Source: Octopus sinensis
Taxonomy: Eukaryota
Assembly: GCF_006345805.1 (NCBI RefSeq)
Contig: NC_043005.1
Location: forward strand, 107,012,001 to 107,076,000
Length of the DNA stretch: 64,000 nucleotides
Reading direction: 5' to 3'
Shown: positions 40,691-55,522 of the stretch, in pieces
Position numbering within the stretch: position 1 is the stretch's first letter
Layout of the letters: every line of letters begins with the position of its first letter
The notes under the pieces: generated by a model
The model's database searches: none
What the model saw: the letters and a program-made list of their open reading frames with translations, nothing else
Told to the model about the DNA's origin: nothing
Position numbers and translations under genes: made by a program

Positions 40691-43034
40691 ATTAATGGTA
40701 ATAATGATGACGACGACGATATAATTTTATCAACAGCAAGGAAAACGAAAATAATACTAATACTAATAATTTTTATCATTACGTAAGAAGTATTATTTTA
40801 ATGTAAGAAATCAATTATTTTTATTACTATCATTATTGTTACTTTCTCTACATCACATATATTCATTTCTAAATAATAAATTTGTTGTATATTATATTGT
40901 TCTTGTTATTACAATCATTATTGCTTTTAGTATTGTTATTATTAGTATCATTGGGAAACAATGAAATAATATTAGATACTGTTTAGGAAAGAGCTAATGA
41001 TAGAAAGAAATAGGTTAAAAGTGTCCTAGTTAGCAGCGTAAATTTGGTGATTAGAAAAGGCATCGCTACCTTTGTATTTATGGAATGAATGGCTCCCGAC
41101 AATATTCTTCAACGCAAAACACGAAGGCTTCCATGTCAGACTTAAACCTCGTCCCCTGAAATAAAATGGGAAAATTGCATTCGATGAGCACGAGTAGCGG
41201 AGATGTAATGTAGCAACAAAGCCACGGTCCAGTCTTTGATAAGAACTAGTTTCTCGCTTCCAAGAATACGTCTGTTGTGTTTCAGGTGCATAGTACTTTA
41301 CAGTAACATTATTTTAGAGTAAGCTATATGCTAGAAATGGTTATGGACTTCATTGCCTATGTCTACCACATGCTGCGGATCTCAACCGAAGTGGAAAAAG
41401 CTGTGAACACAAATTACAAGAACTGAGGAACGGGAGATATTTGGGCTGTATTGCAATGGACAGATAATATGTCTTGGATGTTTTGCCCTATGAATTTTAT
41501 GGTTATATGTCAGACTTGTTTGGATGGCCCCTGGCAAATGCCTAACCCGACTGACAACAGAACGGGAGGATCCCCATCGTGTTATATTAATGCCGTTGAG
41601 AAAGGACGTCAGCAAAGGGATTAATATTATACTAGCGGGATGCGTGAATATTCCAAGGAATTAATAGTAAACCTATTGGGTTATCTCTGAAAACTTTATC
41701 CAAAATCCCTGAAAGCGTAGTCTGTGTTGTGTCTTTCTCTCCTCTCTTTACCTTTCTTTAACCTCAACCATCAGAGCATCACCCCTCTTCTAAAAGTATA
41801 TTTTTAACTCTCTTCCTCTGCCTTCAGCTAACTTTTTTAACCACATAATAAATGTTACGTTCACCCTACCTCCCGTCATGGCGCTCCTCTCCCTCTTTCT
41901 CTTTCTTCCTCACTCTTCACTTAACCTGTTTTTCTTTCTACTTTTTCTTTCTCCTCTCTTTCCCTTCAACTATTCACGTGAAAGCGTTACAAATACATTC
42001 CCTCTACCTCACTTCATGGACGTTTCTCTCTTCCTCTTTTCTCCCCCTCTTTTCTCTCTCCCTCTTTTCTTTCCTTCTTTTCTCTCTTCCTCTTTTCTTT
42101 TTCCCTCTTTCACGTGAAAGCTTTACCGACGGGATAAGTAGTGAAAGTATTCGATTGGATCGATCATCAGCCCTTGCCAGCCAATTATAGTTCCATTTCC
42201 AGAAGTTGGATCACGATCGCAGTAATACACTATAGTACATGCTTCGTGGTCAAAGTAAACCTCTAAATTCCTCTCGGAACCGTTTCATATCACACGCTGT
42301 GTCTCACAGAGGTCTCACCTTTCGCCTCTTCTACATTTGCTAGTTCTAGAGCCATTACTGCCGAAGCTAGGATCTTTGAAGCGTAACTCTTTCAAGGTGC
42401 AAGAGATATATGAAGGCGTACGCAGGTGTTATCTCTAATATAGGATCAGCTACCACGGATGTGCAAGTAGTCGGTTCCACCCTAAAGGAATACAATGCGC
42501 TGGCAAAGATAAATCCGGGCTTGACGGTAGGCTTGCGGCTCAGCACATATATATGCCGTCGAATAGTATTGTAATTCGCAGAACAAATGGACAAACATTC
42601 TCAGCTTTACTCTGGCCGTCTCTATTTAGTTACCACCACAGTCTCTCTTTATATCTAGTACACCATTTTCTCCCCATTGCTACAAATGATGATATATTAG
42701 TGACATGCAGAGAGTCGGGTTCTAATCGGAGTATTAGGTGCTCCGTCGAACACACCTCGTTTCACTTTTCCCGGCATTGTTGTTGATTATTGAGCAAGAT
42801 GTGTTTCATTGTTCATTTTCTCCTGCTCTGATCATTCTAAAAGTAATGGCCGATGGCAGAGTCACTGTTGCTGCAGCATCAGTCCAGTAGATGCCTCTAC
42901 TACCACTCTTTTGTCCATATATTGGCACAACTCACTACATATTACGCACGAGCCTTGCCTGATTTTCCGGACAATCCTAAGTTTCAAGCTCCAGGCATAC
43001 TTCTCTAAAATGTGTGACCCAGTCAAGGGAATAC

Positions 43035-43260
43035 TTATTTCTTTATTGCCCACAATGAGCTAAACATAGAGAGGACAAACAAGGACAGACAAACGGATTA
43101 AGTCGATTATATCGACCCCAGTGCATAACTGGTACTTATTTAATCGACCCCGAAAGGATGAAAGGCGAAGTCGACCTCGGCGGAATTTGAACTCAGATCG
43201 TAGCGGCAGACGAATTACGGCTACGCATTTCGCCCGGCGTGCAAACGTTTCTGCCTGATC
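43035..43260 (-). mobile_element. SINE family A monomer with perfect 13-bp TSD
   Basis: gtcaagggaatac at 43022-43034 and 43261-43273. Confidence 0.92.
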
Positions 43261-43646
43261 GTCAAGGGAATACATATCCAGCTATACATAGAGTAGCCAT
43301 CTTTTTACAATTTGCAAGACAAAAGTATGACAGTTTCCTTCTACATTTTCCGGGGAAAATACTGGAGAAATCTTTCTTGAGACATTATTCGTTCAAAATT
43401 TACACTTTTCTTGGAGCTGGTTTGTGCAACATTAACAGAATTCAACTACAGATATCAATAATAAGAACAAAAGAAAGCAACATGACTAAAGTGATATATG
43501 TGAGTGTGTGTGTGTGTATGTGTGTGTACACAATGTGAAATATCTTTTTCTGTCTAAAAATAAAAGAAACACACCCTCTGGAATAGTAGAACAACCAAGA
43601 TGCTAGAAAATGCTAGCGCACTCGTCACTGCTAAAGGAAGAGACTG

Positions 43647-43713
43647 AGAATTTGAACTCAGAACGAAGCGGCAGACGAAATACCACTAAGTATTTCGCCC
43701 AGCTCGCCGCCTT
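43647..43713 (-). mobile_element. SINE family A head fragment
   Basis: gaatttgaactcagaacg...gcagacgaaatacc...cagctcgccgcc. Confidence 0.75.
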
Positions 43714-44202
43714 ACAGTACTTAAAGTGAACTGAATTACCTTGCTCAACAGCATAATTTGGATCGCAGACCAAGAAATCCATTGCATAACCTTATAATTG
43801 CTTATCCAAGATCCTAAACATTGGGTCACAAAACTAGCGGACGCCAGCATGCCTGAGTGGTTTGGAAGTTCGCTTGACAACCACGAAGTCCCAGGTAAGA
43901 TTCTACCTACAAGAAATATCAGAAAGCTATGTTTATTATAGCCTCTTGTCAACCCATGTCTTGAGAAAGCTGTTGATGCAAATTATTCTAACGGGCGATA
44001 CATGTAATTGGAATGTCTATTGTTGCCACCCTTCGAAACTATCAGGGGTACATGGGCGTGTAAAATATTCAGATGCACATAAATTCAAGGACTAGGATAA
44101 GCACCTGAGTGACTATCTCATTTATCATCCACGAAAATCAATGTGAGAGTCTCTATTAGACTCTCACATTAATGACAACGCAAACACACATATACGCATG
44201 CA

Positions 44203-44242
<40 letters not shown>

Positions 44243-44435
44243 ACACACACACACACACCACACAACGGTACGTTTACGAAATTGGGTACTCAGACTCGAG
44301 AGTCTAGGCGAGTATATTGCAATATTCATGATGACCAGTAACTTCTGCGAATCGCCCACTTTAGCCATTTTGATTAAATAAATGTTTCAGCTAGAGTTAA
44401 AGTCCCATCCTATATACATATACATACGTACATGC

Positions 44436-44468
<33 letters not shown>

Positions 44469-44739
44469 CTATATATATATATATATATCTATATATATAT
44501 ACAAAGGAAATAGATAATGCAAAGTATATGTGTAGACGCAGATATTAAAGCCAGATGGCCACACATACTTCTTCACACAGCTGTTAAAGTGTATTGTACG
44601 AAGCAATATGCCAGCCAACTGCGCCGCCTTCACACGTCTCGACTTACTCGGACAGTTATACCAGTGGTCAATATTTAACTAGAAACATCGCGAAAGATTA
44701 AAACAAATAGATGAATCAGCAAATGACAGATGTCAAGAA

Positions 44740-44747
44740 CGATGATG

Positions 44748-44779
<32 letters not shown>

Positions 44780-44958
44780 GAAGATGATGATGAAGATGAT
44801 GGTGATGATGAAGATGATGATGATGATGATGAAGGTGGTGGTGGTGATGGTGGTGGTGGTGGTGGTGGTGATGGTGATGAAGATGATGATGATGAAGATG
44901 ATGATGATGACGATGAGGGTGGTGGTGGTGATGGTGGTGGTGATGCTGCTGCTGCTGC

Positions 44959-45050
<92 letters not shown>

Positions 45051-45110
45051 GTGGTGGTGATGATGATGGTGGTGGTGGTGGTGATGATGATGATGATGTA
45101 GGCGATAATG
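44740..45110. repeat. (GAT)n/(GGT)n/(GAA) compound tract
   Basis: Direct reading; source of the poly-D/G/M ORFs. Confidence 0.95.
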
Positions 45111-45665
45111 ACGGTGACAACGACAATAATGATGATGATGTCGGTGATGTAGATTTTAATAAAGATAATAACGATAATAACGCTGTTGTAACTGTTTGCT
45201 GCGATGGTAAGAATTGGTGATGGCGGTTGGGGGAAGATAGCAACAAACAAATAAATAAATGCAATAAATACACGAAAAAAAATACTGATTGAAAATTAAT
45301 ATTAAAAGGTCAATTGTTTCCATGAACCTTCTGTTTAAAAGCTGGCATAGATCAAATGATATTACAATATCGATCTAATTTCGAAAAGCTGAAGAATTCT
45401 CACAAGAACTTTGCATTCGCAGATCATATTACATGGTTATTTTGCTGCAGGTATTACTTCAAATCAACTTGACCTTTATTTTGGTAACGGTTCTACAAAT
45501 TGTCTGCCAATATACTATCAAGTGAGTGTATTTGGACACTTCTGTTGTTGCAATTGCTTTCGACGAGTTTCGGATTTCGTTGCAAAATTAACACTTTTAT
45601 CATTTACTTAACGTCTGCTGGTCAGCTGTAGTGTGGTTATGCTTGACCGTCAGGATGGAGGAGAC

Positions 45666-45725
<60 letters not shown>

Positions 45726-46067
45726 CATTACAGGCACATACATACATACATACTCATACTCACAAACTTGCTTACACATACATACACACAATCATACGTA
45801 TACACATCCGTATGAGTGAGAAATTGCTTGTCTTTGTGTTTCTGCATATGTATATGTGTGTGTGTGTGTGTGTGCTTACATTTAAAGCGTACGTACCTAC
45901 ATATATATTTGCATGTGTGCGCATATGTATGTATAAATCTGTGTGTATACATGCATACATACGTACACACATAGATTTTGTACATATACATACACATAAA
46001 GACATACATTTATGCGTGATAGATTGTTACACACACAATATATATATATATGTATGTATATACATTG

Positions 46068-46110
<43 letters not shown>

Positions 46111-47017
46111 AATATATATTCACATATACATGCATATATATAACATATATACACACACATATTACCAAATTATCCGAAAGAGAATTAATTAAATGGATGA
46201 AAGTGAAATTGAAAGTCTGTTACGATAGTTTTTTTTTTGTTTGTTTATTTCATTTCTTGCATTGTTATTTGATTGTTTATTGATATGAATGAGATATTGA
46301 TGGAAAGAAATAACATTATCGATCATTGATCAGGAAACATAACGTCTTGATCAATCAAATATCAGTTAAAACCCTTCACTTAGTTCGCATGCGAAAACAA
46401 TATAAGAGAGAAGTATGAATTGTATTTTCTGTTCACCTCCTGCACACACACACGCACACCCACGCACATATACAAGCGGGTGTGTGTACAAACATATATA
46501 CATTCGTATGTATTTGTATATAAGCATGTATGTATATATGTATGCATGTTTGTGAATATATATATATATCTGTGTGTGTAGGCATGTATGTATATAAAAA
46601 GGTATTTCTTGGCATGAATTCGTTTATGGTTGTGTTTTTGCGAGTATGGCTATGTTGGCCTCGGTGTATAGGTGCGGATGTATATACATCGGCACATATG
46701 TGTGCTTGCATACACTTATAAGTTTGTGTATTTGTATGCCAGTGTGTATGCATTTCAGTTCGTAGTTTACTTTTCTGACACTAAGAGCTTGATACTTCGA
46801 GATTGATCCAACACAAGCTTCACGCCGGAATTATGAGCTATTTTGTTTTCTCTTTTTGAAAGACAATTAATTCACGTATTTCTGAAGCTATTTATCAAAC
46901 CAATGTGGCATAACTAACCGGTAGACAGAATCCTGGTTCGAATTTTCGTCACGCTTGTATACAGACATATTTATGGTTAGGAATTTCTTTTCTGCTACCT
47001 TATCTTTTTACTTTTTT

Positions 47018-47412
47018 CTTTTACTTGTTTCAGTCATTTGACTGCGGCCATGCTGGAGCACCGCCTTTAGTCGAGCAAATCGACCCCGGGATTTATTTTT
47101 TGTAAGTCCAGTACTTATCCTATCGGTCTCTTTTATGCCGAACCGCTAAGTGACGGGGACGTAAACACACCAGCATCGGTTTTCAAGCAATGCTAGGGGG
47201 ACAAACACAGACACACAAACACACACACATACATATATATACATATAAACGACAGGCTTCTTTCAGTTTCCTTCTACCAAATCCACTCACAAGGCATTGG
47301 TCGGGCCAGGGTCATAGCAGAAGACACTTGCCCAAGATGCCACGCAGTGGGACTGAACCCGGAACCATGTGGTTGGTTAGCAAGCTACTTACCACACAGC
47401 TACTCCTGCGCC
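47018..47412 (-). mobile_element. SINE family B, full length, short internal (TA)(TG) tract
   Basis: Minus-strand head ggcgcaggagtagctgtgtggtaag...GGTTCAGTCCC (B box); tail gactgaaacaagtaaaag. Confidence 0.9.
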
Positions 47413-48452
47413 TGTTTGGAAAATTGGAAAATTTTGTACTGTAGCCTAATGTTTTTTAATTGTGAGTTTGTGTATGTGTGTGTGTGTGTGTGTGTGGGTG
47501 TGTGTGTGTGTGTGCATACATGTATACGGTATTCGCCATTAGTAGTGTCTACTTCTGTGTTGACATATCACAACACGCTAAATACGCACAATGACACTTT
47601 GTTCATACAATGTGAATATTGATGTTTATCCGCGACTGGCCCAATGGGAAGGGGTTAGGGATGCCGGGACCCCGGTATGTAGTGAGGAGCCTTATAACCA
47701 GCCAGCAGAGCTTTGTCCTGTTGTAGCTAATAGCTGCACAAAAATCACAACTTGCCACCGAAAGTCCGACAGACGTAGATGGTGCATGACCAGGGTTGCC
47801 GACAGATGTTAGAAGTGTTCTGGTTTTGGTGAAGGAAATTAAGGCAGAGCTTAGTCAACATGCTAGTTAACCCACAGGTGAGAAGCTAACAGATGCTACT
47901 ACTCCGGTTCAGAGTAGACCTGGGAACAATAATGATTAAGAGATGGTTCCAACCCTCCTCAAAGCCTTAGAGCACTATTGGAGGCTCAGTTTGTTAATCG
48001 GAAGTTATAGAGATACGTGTTTGATGCTGGAGTGGAAACTGCATGATAAAGGAGAGATCATCCCTATTCCCGTGGGACTATTGTCTGGGATCACATCAGT
48101 GTCCTCAGTGTCAAAGAAGGTACGTCCACTCCCTTGAGAAACAACGTGTTAGAGGCGGAAGATGGTGAATATCTTGGATAGACGCTGTCTTCATCTTTGA
48201 TGAGCCATCAGAAGCAAGTTAGCAATGGATATTTACTAATTCTGGCTTCACTTAAGTGTTAAATCTAGCTTGACTGCATAAGGATTAAAGACGGTGCGTT
48301 CCTACTAGAAGAGTTAGTTAATAATACAATTCTACACTGACTACAGATAAAATATAGAACTTATTTTATGTTATAGCTAGGAAAAAAGTTTAGGTTTCTT
48401 CCACTTTAACAAGTACGCTCGGTCATTCAAGCTTCACTTAATATATAAACGC

Positions 48453-48486
<34 letters not shown>

Positions 48487-48699
48487 GGAAGAGAGAGAAA
48501 GGGGAAGAGAGAGAAAGAGAGAGTGAGAGAGAGAGAGGGCGTGAGCACGCACGCGTACAAAATAGGTTTCAGGAAGCGAAAAGAAAAACGTATGAATATA
48601 TACTTTTATTATTTCTGAGGTTTAAAAAATATCTTCAGGGACGATTAAACATAAATTTACTATATATATAATCTTATATAATATAATATGATATTATAC

Positions 48700-48752
<53 letters not shown>

Positions 48753-48787
48753 ATATATATAAAAACATCAAATATAAAAAACATCAA

Positions 48788-48818
<31 letters not shown>

Positions 48819-49174
48819 CATACAATCGTATTTACCCTTTCTCCTTTTAGCGATTCTAGTCGTATGAGCTGGAGCACCGCCTTAAAAGAGAGACTGTTTC
48901 CCCGGGGGGCAGAAACGTGTGACACGTAACCGATGGCTTGAGGACTGCGGATTCTGAGGGGGTAATCGAATGTATTAGGACATCTGGCTAATTGCCTTAC
49001 ATAATAATGACAGACGAGTTTATGAAGCACGTGCATGCGTTATAAAGCTTAAGATACCAATTACGCTTTCTGCTTTTATCATTATTATATATATGTTTAT
49101 GTGACTATGCTTGTGTGTGTGTGTATGTGTCTGTTTGTCCGTGTGAGCGCGTGTCTATCTATTATGTCTGTGTT

Positions 49175-49211
<37 letters not shown>

Positions 49212-49563
49212 AAGCATATTTTTACCATACATTTGTTATTATTGATTCGATTTCTTGGCATAAAAACGGTCGATCTTTGGCTAAATTTTAAACAATTCAT
49301 TTGAGCAAATAAGTGACTGATACTAGTTTGATATACCGCAGAGTGATAAATTATTTAAATGATGAATATATTATTACGGAAAAACACGTTCTAGAAACAA
49401 CTCATGAAGGAAAGAGAGAGAGGAAGAGAGTGTAAGGGAGATAGAGAGGGAGAATGAGAGAGATGGGGAGGAGTAAAGATAGAGAGAAAGAGGGTGAGAC
49501 GAGAAAGGGAGAGAGAGAAATTCAGAGAAGGAGGTTAGGAGAGAGATAACGAGGGTGAGAGAG

Positions 49564-49627
<64 letters not shown>

Positions 49628-49854
49628 AATGCTTTCTTGTGGAGTAGCATAAATCATTGATGTAAAACACTTTTTCATTTTTCACGGCAAAACATGAAAA
49701 AGAAAAAGAATTTGTTCAATTGTGTGAAATGTTTGAATTCAATTGTTCTTTTTTTTCCCGATGCATATATTGACTAGTTACAGCACTTTGTGCTTTTTTA
49801 CTGTTAAATGCTCGTTGATTGCTAAACTGAAGGGTCTTTAATATTTAGGCGGTT

Positions 49855-50878
49855 GAAGGGAGCGAGCGAGTAGAACCGTGAACGTGCCGACCAAAATGCT
49901 TTGCAGTATTTCGTCTGCGATCGACTTTGCGTTTCATCTTTTCGGAGTCGATAAAATAAGCTCCAGCCGTGTACTGGGGTCGATGTAATTGCTGTCCTTG
50001 TGAAATTTATGTCCTTGTGACAAAATTTGAAACCAATATTTACGCGGTCGAATGCAGCGAGCTGGCAGAAACGTTAGCACGCCGGGCGAAATGCTTAGCG
50101 GTATTTCGTCTGTCGTTACGTTCTGAGTTCAAATTCTGCTGAGGTCAACTTTGCCGTTCATTCTTTCGGGGTCGATAAATTAAGTACCAGTTACGCACTG
50201 GGGTCGATATAATCGACTTAATACTTTTGTCTGTCCTTGTTTGTCCCCTCTGTGTTTAGCCCCTTGTGGGTATTAAAGAAATAGGTATTTCGTCTGCCGT
50301 TAACGTTCTGAGCTCAATTTCGCTGAGGTCGACTTTGCCTTTCATGCTTTCGGGGTCGATAAATTAAGTACCAGTTACCCACTGGGGTCGATGTAATCGA
50401 CTTGATCCCTTTGTCTCTCCTTGTTTGTCCCCTCTATGTTTAGCCCCTTGTGGGCAATAAAGAAATAAGAAACGTTAGTACGCCGGGCGAAATGCTTAGC
50501 GATATTTTGTGCGTCTTCATGTTTTAAGTTCAAATGCAACCAAAGTCTATTTTGCCTTTCACTCTTTCGGGGTCGATGAAATAATTAGCAGTTGAACACT
50601 AAATTCGATGTAATCGATTTAGCACCTCCCCGAATTTGCTGGCTTATGCTAAAATTTGAAACTGATTATTTGGGATTGCATAAGGCTGTGACCTGGCTGA
50701 ATGATAATTGCATAGGGCAAAATGTTTAGCAGCATTTTGGTCAGACTTTCCGTTCTGAGGTCGACTTTGCTTTCATCATTTCGTGATCAATAAGATAAGT
50801 ACGTGTTGAACACGGATATCGATGTAATAGACCTTGTCCCAAATTGCTGGCCTTGTGCCAAAATGCGAAGCCAATGTT
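49855..50878 (+). mobile_element. Cluster of five co-oriented SINE family A-related units
   Basis: Old unit 49855-50040, young dimer 50053-50468, then two older units; tttacgcggt(c/t)ga duplicated at 50039-50051 and 50877-50889. Confidence 0.85.
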
Positions 50879-51867
50879 TACGCGGTTGATTTTATCTTAT
50901 ATTGCTTTAAATTAAAATATTCTTTAAATTTAGAACGATCCTACTTGATTTCTACTCCATTTTATTGATCCTGGGAAAATGCAAACCAAATTTTAACTGA
51001 AACTGAAAAAAATCTTACCATTAATTCCACATGCATTTCATCCAACATTCTAACAATTTTACCAAACCAATTCACCGCAGTTCCTGTTCTATGTTAACTG
51101 CTTTCCACTCCGATACCATACTTGGGCCCTTACTTTTAGCTGGACTGGTATTGTACTCATGGGAATATTGATGGCAATGATTTTCAGGCGCCTGAAGGCT
51201 GTAAACCTCAGGTTGGTCTTAATGCTTTTAAAGTATCCATTTATGTCTCACGGCTCACTGAATTTCAAACTTGGCGTTGTCTTGCCGCATTTATCTAGCG
51301 CTTGCTATGCGTTAAAATTTATAAATTCTGTAAAATTTGTATCAAGATAAGCCAGTGACATCACGATAAGTTTCCGACAGTCTTCTTTCTTCTACTTTAA
51401 TAAAATCGTTCTATGATGAAGGAAATCACCTCAACTATAACGTTACCCTCCTTCAAAACAACCAAGTTATCAATCTATGATTTACTATTCGCATCATATG
51501 AATCGCTTCCCAAGAAAGGTACACGTTTTACTAGTCCTAAAGCTATATTTGGCATTTTCCACTTGCTTTGCGACTGATATTTATCGTACAGCTTTTACTG
51601 GCCTTCACCCTGTGTTAAACAATTCTGTTACTCAGAATGGCTTAGTTGTCTCATATATAGATATAAATACATATCCAATAAACACACATACAAACGCACA
51701 CATTCATACGACACATATGCACCTATACGATAGAATTTAATACCAACCAGTATGGACAATCGGTAAACCCTCCACGGAGGAAAAGTGTGAATTAGCTGAA
51801 TACCCCCAAATACATACGCAATCAGCAGAAAACAAGCAAGCGGTAAGGCTGCAAAACCAGATACATG

Positions 51868-52497
51868 GTATCTATTTCTTAATTATCCACAAGGGGCTAC
51901 ACACAGAGGGAACAAACAAGGACAAACAAACGGATTAAGTCGATTACATCGACCCCAGTGCGTAACTGGTACTTCATTTATCGACCCCGAAAGGATGAAA
52001 GGCAAAGTCGACCTTGGCGGAATTTGAACTCAGAACGTAACGGCAGACGAAATACGGCTACGCATTTCGTCCGGCGTGCTAACGTTTCTTATTTCTTTAT
52101 TGCCCACAAGGGGCTAAACATAGAGGTGACAAACAAGGAGAGACAAAGGGATCAAGTCGATACATCGACCCCAGTGCGTAACTGGTACTTAATTTATCGA
52201 CCCCGAAAGCATGAAAGGCAAAGTCGACCTCGGCGAAATTTCCGCTCAGAACGTAGCGGCAGACGAAATACCTATTTCTTTATTACCCCCAAGGGGCTAA
52301 ACATAGAGGGGACAAACAAGGACAGACAAAAGTATTAAGACGAATATATCGACCCCAGTGCGTAACTGGTACTTAATTTATCGACCCCGAAAGAATGAAA
52401 GGCAAAGTCGATCTCAGCAGAATTTGAACTCAGAACGTAACGGCAGACGAAATACTGCTACGCATTTTGCCCGGCGTGCTAACGTTTCTGCCAGCTC
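51868..52497 (-). mobile_element. SINE family A trimer
   Basis: Three units joined by junctions gctaacgtttcttatttcttt (~52086) and gacgaaatacctatttcttt (~52270). Confidence 0.9.
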
Positions 52498-53617
52498 GTA
52501 TCGCTTAACGAAAACTTCATTAAACGAGTTGCTGTCTCAGCATCACGCATTACAAACTATACAGAGTAAAGATGAGCATGATCGAAGCTCCCTGGGGCCA
52601 AGATATACAGATTCTCTCCAAATGCCGCCAGGGTACAGGCAGGTAGCCGAAACTCTGGGATGCAAGTTAGTGCAATGCATTGTCGTATTCAATGTACTTT
52701 TACACGTTACCAAGACCAGATATTGTTTTCACCATAACTACTTAATGCGCAGCAAAGTGATGAAGATATTATCAAGTAACACCAGGAAATAAACAAAAAT
52801 ATATAATATCTAAAAAAAAGTAATATGTCTTCCACAACATACAGTGGTTTATGTAACCGTGAGTGAAATCACAAGAAACAAACTGAATACGTAGATCGCT
52901 ATGTATTATATCTGATTGCAGATCATATTATACATAGTCCTCAACTAGTGGATGTTCTGTAGACAAGCTGTCTACATCATGTCTAAGAACCATTAGGTTT
53001 TCTATCATTCCTACTGGCCTTACAGCTCGAATATTTCTATGTATCATTATATTAGTTAATCATATATTCGAAGCAACTGTCATGCTGAGAGCTCTTATAT
53101 TTGAGCTGTAGGATTTGAAGCAACTATTCTCCCATGGTTTGCTCCTGAGCATCCTTCCATGTGACAAGTTTTTGTGAATTAACTTTTACTAATAGGAAAC
53201 AGTCACTAGTGGCACAACCTAGTAAGCTCTCCACGTCACATTCATGTCTGTGTGTGTGTGTGGGGGGATAGACAGGTAGATAAACAGAGAGACAGGCAAA
53301 AAGACGGATAGATAGTTTTCGTCCACTATTGTATGTACTGATTGCTCAGTTTGGTTTGCCACAACTCTGGTTTGAATTGCAATTGAAAATCGTGGTGCTG
53401 AGAATACATGTCAAAGGCGGCTAAAAGTGGTTCCTCCTTGAGCGGGTGTATATAGACTAGAAATGAAAAAAACAAGCAATCGGCATAACTGGAAAAATAT
53501 TTATTTCAGATAGAAAATATAAATTGAGTCTCTTACAGCTGTTTCTAGAATACCCAAGCATGTGAATTATGATATTAAGTAAGAATTCCATAAGCTCAGT
53601 TTTCCACAATCGGAAAC

Positions 53618-53690
<73 letters not shown>

Positions 53691-54623
53691 TGAGAGAGAG
53701 ATGAAATGAGAAAATATTGAACTGTAGAGTATCCACAATCGAGGGTATTAGCACTTTTCAGTTTGTCGATAAATGTAGGAAAAGAATATGCTTTATGTGT
53801 GTGTGTATGTGTATGGGAATGTATTATTCGATGTATATACGCATACATAAATGTGTATACTCACAAGCATATATATATATATGCCGATACAGATAGTTAT
53901 AGGCATATTTGTGTATATGGTATGTTCGAATGCGTATTTATGTATGTATAAATGAATACGTGGGTGTGCAAGTGCTTGCATGTGTATTTGACGTTTAGCT
54001 GTATATTAAAATGTGCAAGTATCACCATTTCCCAGACATTCAGTAATGTTTCAATATACCATATATTTAATGTATTCTATTTCCCATTAAACTAAATGAC
54101 TTTAAGCTTTTATGGTATATACCCGCGTATTTCATATAAAAAAATGATATATCACACTTCCTATTATTATCATTTTAAAATTAATCGCAGTTCGATAGTG
54201 AAACAATCGATAAAGCAAAGTGCATATGTTTGAAAAATTTGTACCTTTTACATATCCTAGTGTTTAATATGCCGGCTGGAACGTGCAGTCTGTAAAAATT
54301 CAGTAAAAATTCAGTTCAAACGATTTCTAACCAAATGTACATGATGTGAAGTTCTAAATATTTTATCAGCAAATATGTACAACCATAAGCCAGGCAATAT
54401 ATGGATATATATCTACGCGCATATATACACACTGATGATGGAGAAACTAGCCGAAAATTTGAAGTCACTGCCAATACCCTCCAATAAATCTGTATTCTAC
54501 AAAATGTATTTTGCTACTCTTCACTTTAATGCAAATTTGTTTGCACTTTATTTGTCTACAGCGAGAAATGTTCTTATTCATTTCATTCTATTTTACTTAT
54601 TTTGGGTTTATACCCATAATTAA

Positions 54624-55470
54624 TATTATTGTTATTATTATTATTAAAGACGTTGCACAATATCCAATATCGTGATGTTGATTAAATATATTGTGTCTAC
54701 AGACTCTTTCTTCCTGCCTGTTAAGTCACAACAAGGACCTCAGACTGCAGTTCCAAGCAATGCCAGTTTTTGAAAATACACCTTGATTATAGAGTATTTC
54801 CAATGTTTACAGATGTTTCTTCAGCTCAGGTGGTATTGAGCCCAATGCTCCGATGTCAATAGGGACAACATTTATGTTTGACTCTCGTAGTTGACACATC
54901 TTGGCGATCTCAGTTCTCGGGTCCCCATATTTATCTATCTTTTCTCTTTCTTTCATGATAATATGTTGATCTTCTGGCACTGTCACGTCGATTATTTGGC
55001 ACTCTTATTTATCCTTCCTAAATCTTATTTTATCCAAACTTCGGTGCTTGTCTGTCAGGAAGTCAAATCCCAGAGCAGTTTTGCCTTCTCCTTTTTGTCT
55101 ATTACCTTTTCTGGTATATGTTGGTACCAAGCACCTGTTACCTCGTATTCATACTTCCGGTATAGTAGCCAGTGAATGCTTTGCGCTACTTTATCGTATC
55201 TGCGTGGTCCCTTCTTTTTCAGGTGATAGTGCACGTTGACTTTGCGTAGGAGTACAGAAAATGGGATCAAAGTTAAAACTAATAGCAAAGGTTAACAAGA
55301 TTCTCCCCGGAAGATAACTCTTTCGATTCTTACCTCGGTTCAGTGATGGTTGTTGCTAAGTGCTGGTTGTTTTCCAAATGGGCATGCTGTTCTTAATCAG
55401 TGCACACACGTTCTCAGCTATTCCACACATGTCGAGCATTTCCAAATTCCACGAATGCAGCAACATGGCG
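54624..55470 (-). mobile_element. R4/Dong-type RLE non-LTR retrotransposon relic, 5'-truncated and internally deleted, (TAA)n tail
   Basis: HSWNLEMLDMCGIAENVCALIKNSM; LLVLTLIPFSVLLRK..KKKGP joined to RRYDKVAQSIHW..WYQHIPEKV..KLLWD; ECQIIDVTVPED..KEREKIDKYGD..VVPIDIGALG..FQKLALLGTA. Confidence 0.85.
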
Positions 55471-55490
55471 TAAATAATAATAATAATAAC

Positions 55491-55521
<31 letters not shown>

Positions 55522-55522
<1 letters not shown>

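Noticed and set aside
43686-44095. Possible APE endonuclease relic (YLQEI, ILTGD)
   Set aside because: Only two short words match; insufficient support
54432-54470. Hammerhead-like CTGATGA...CC-GAAA...GTC
   Set aside because: Stem II only 2 bp, stem III mismatched at 15.2, no stem I; at most a decayed relic
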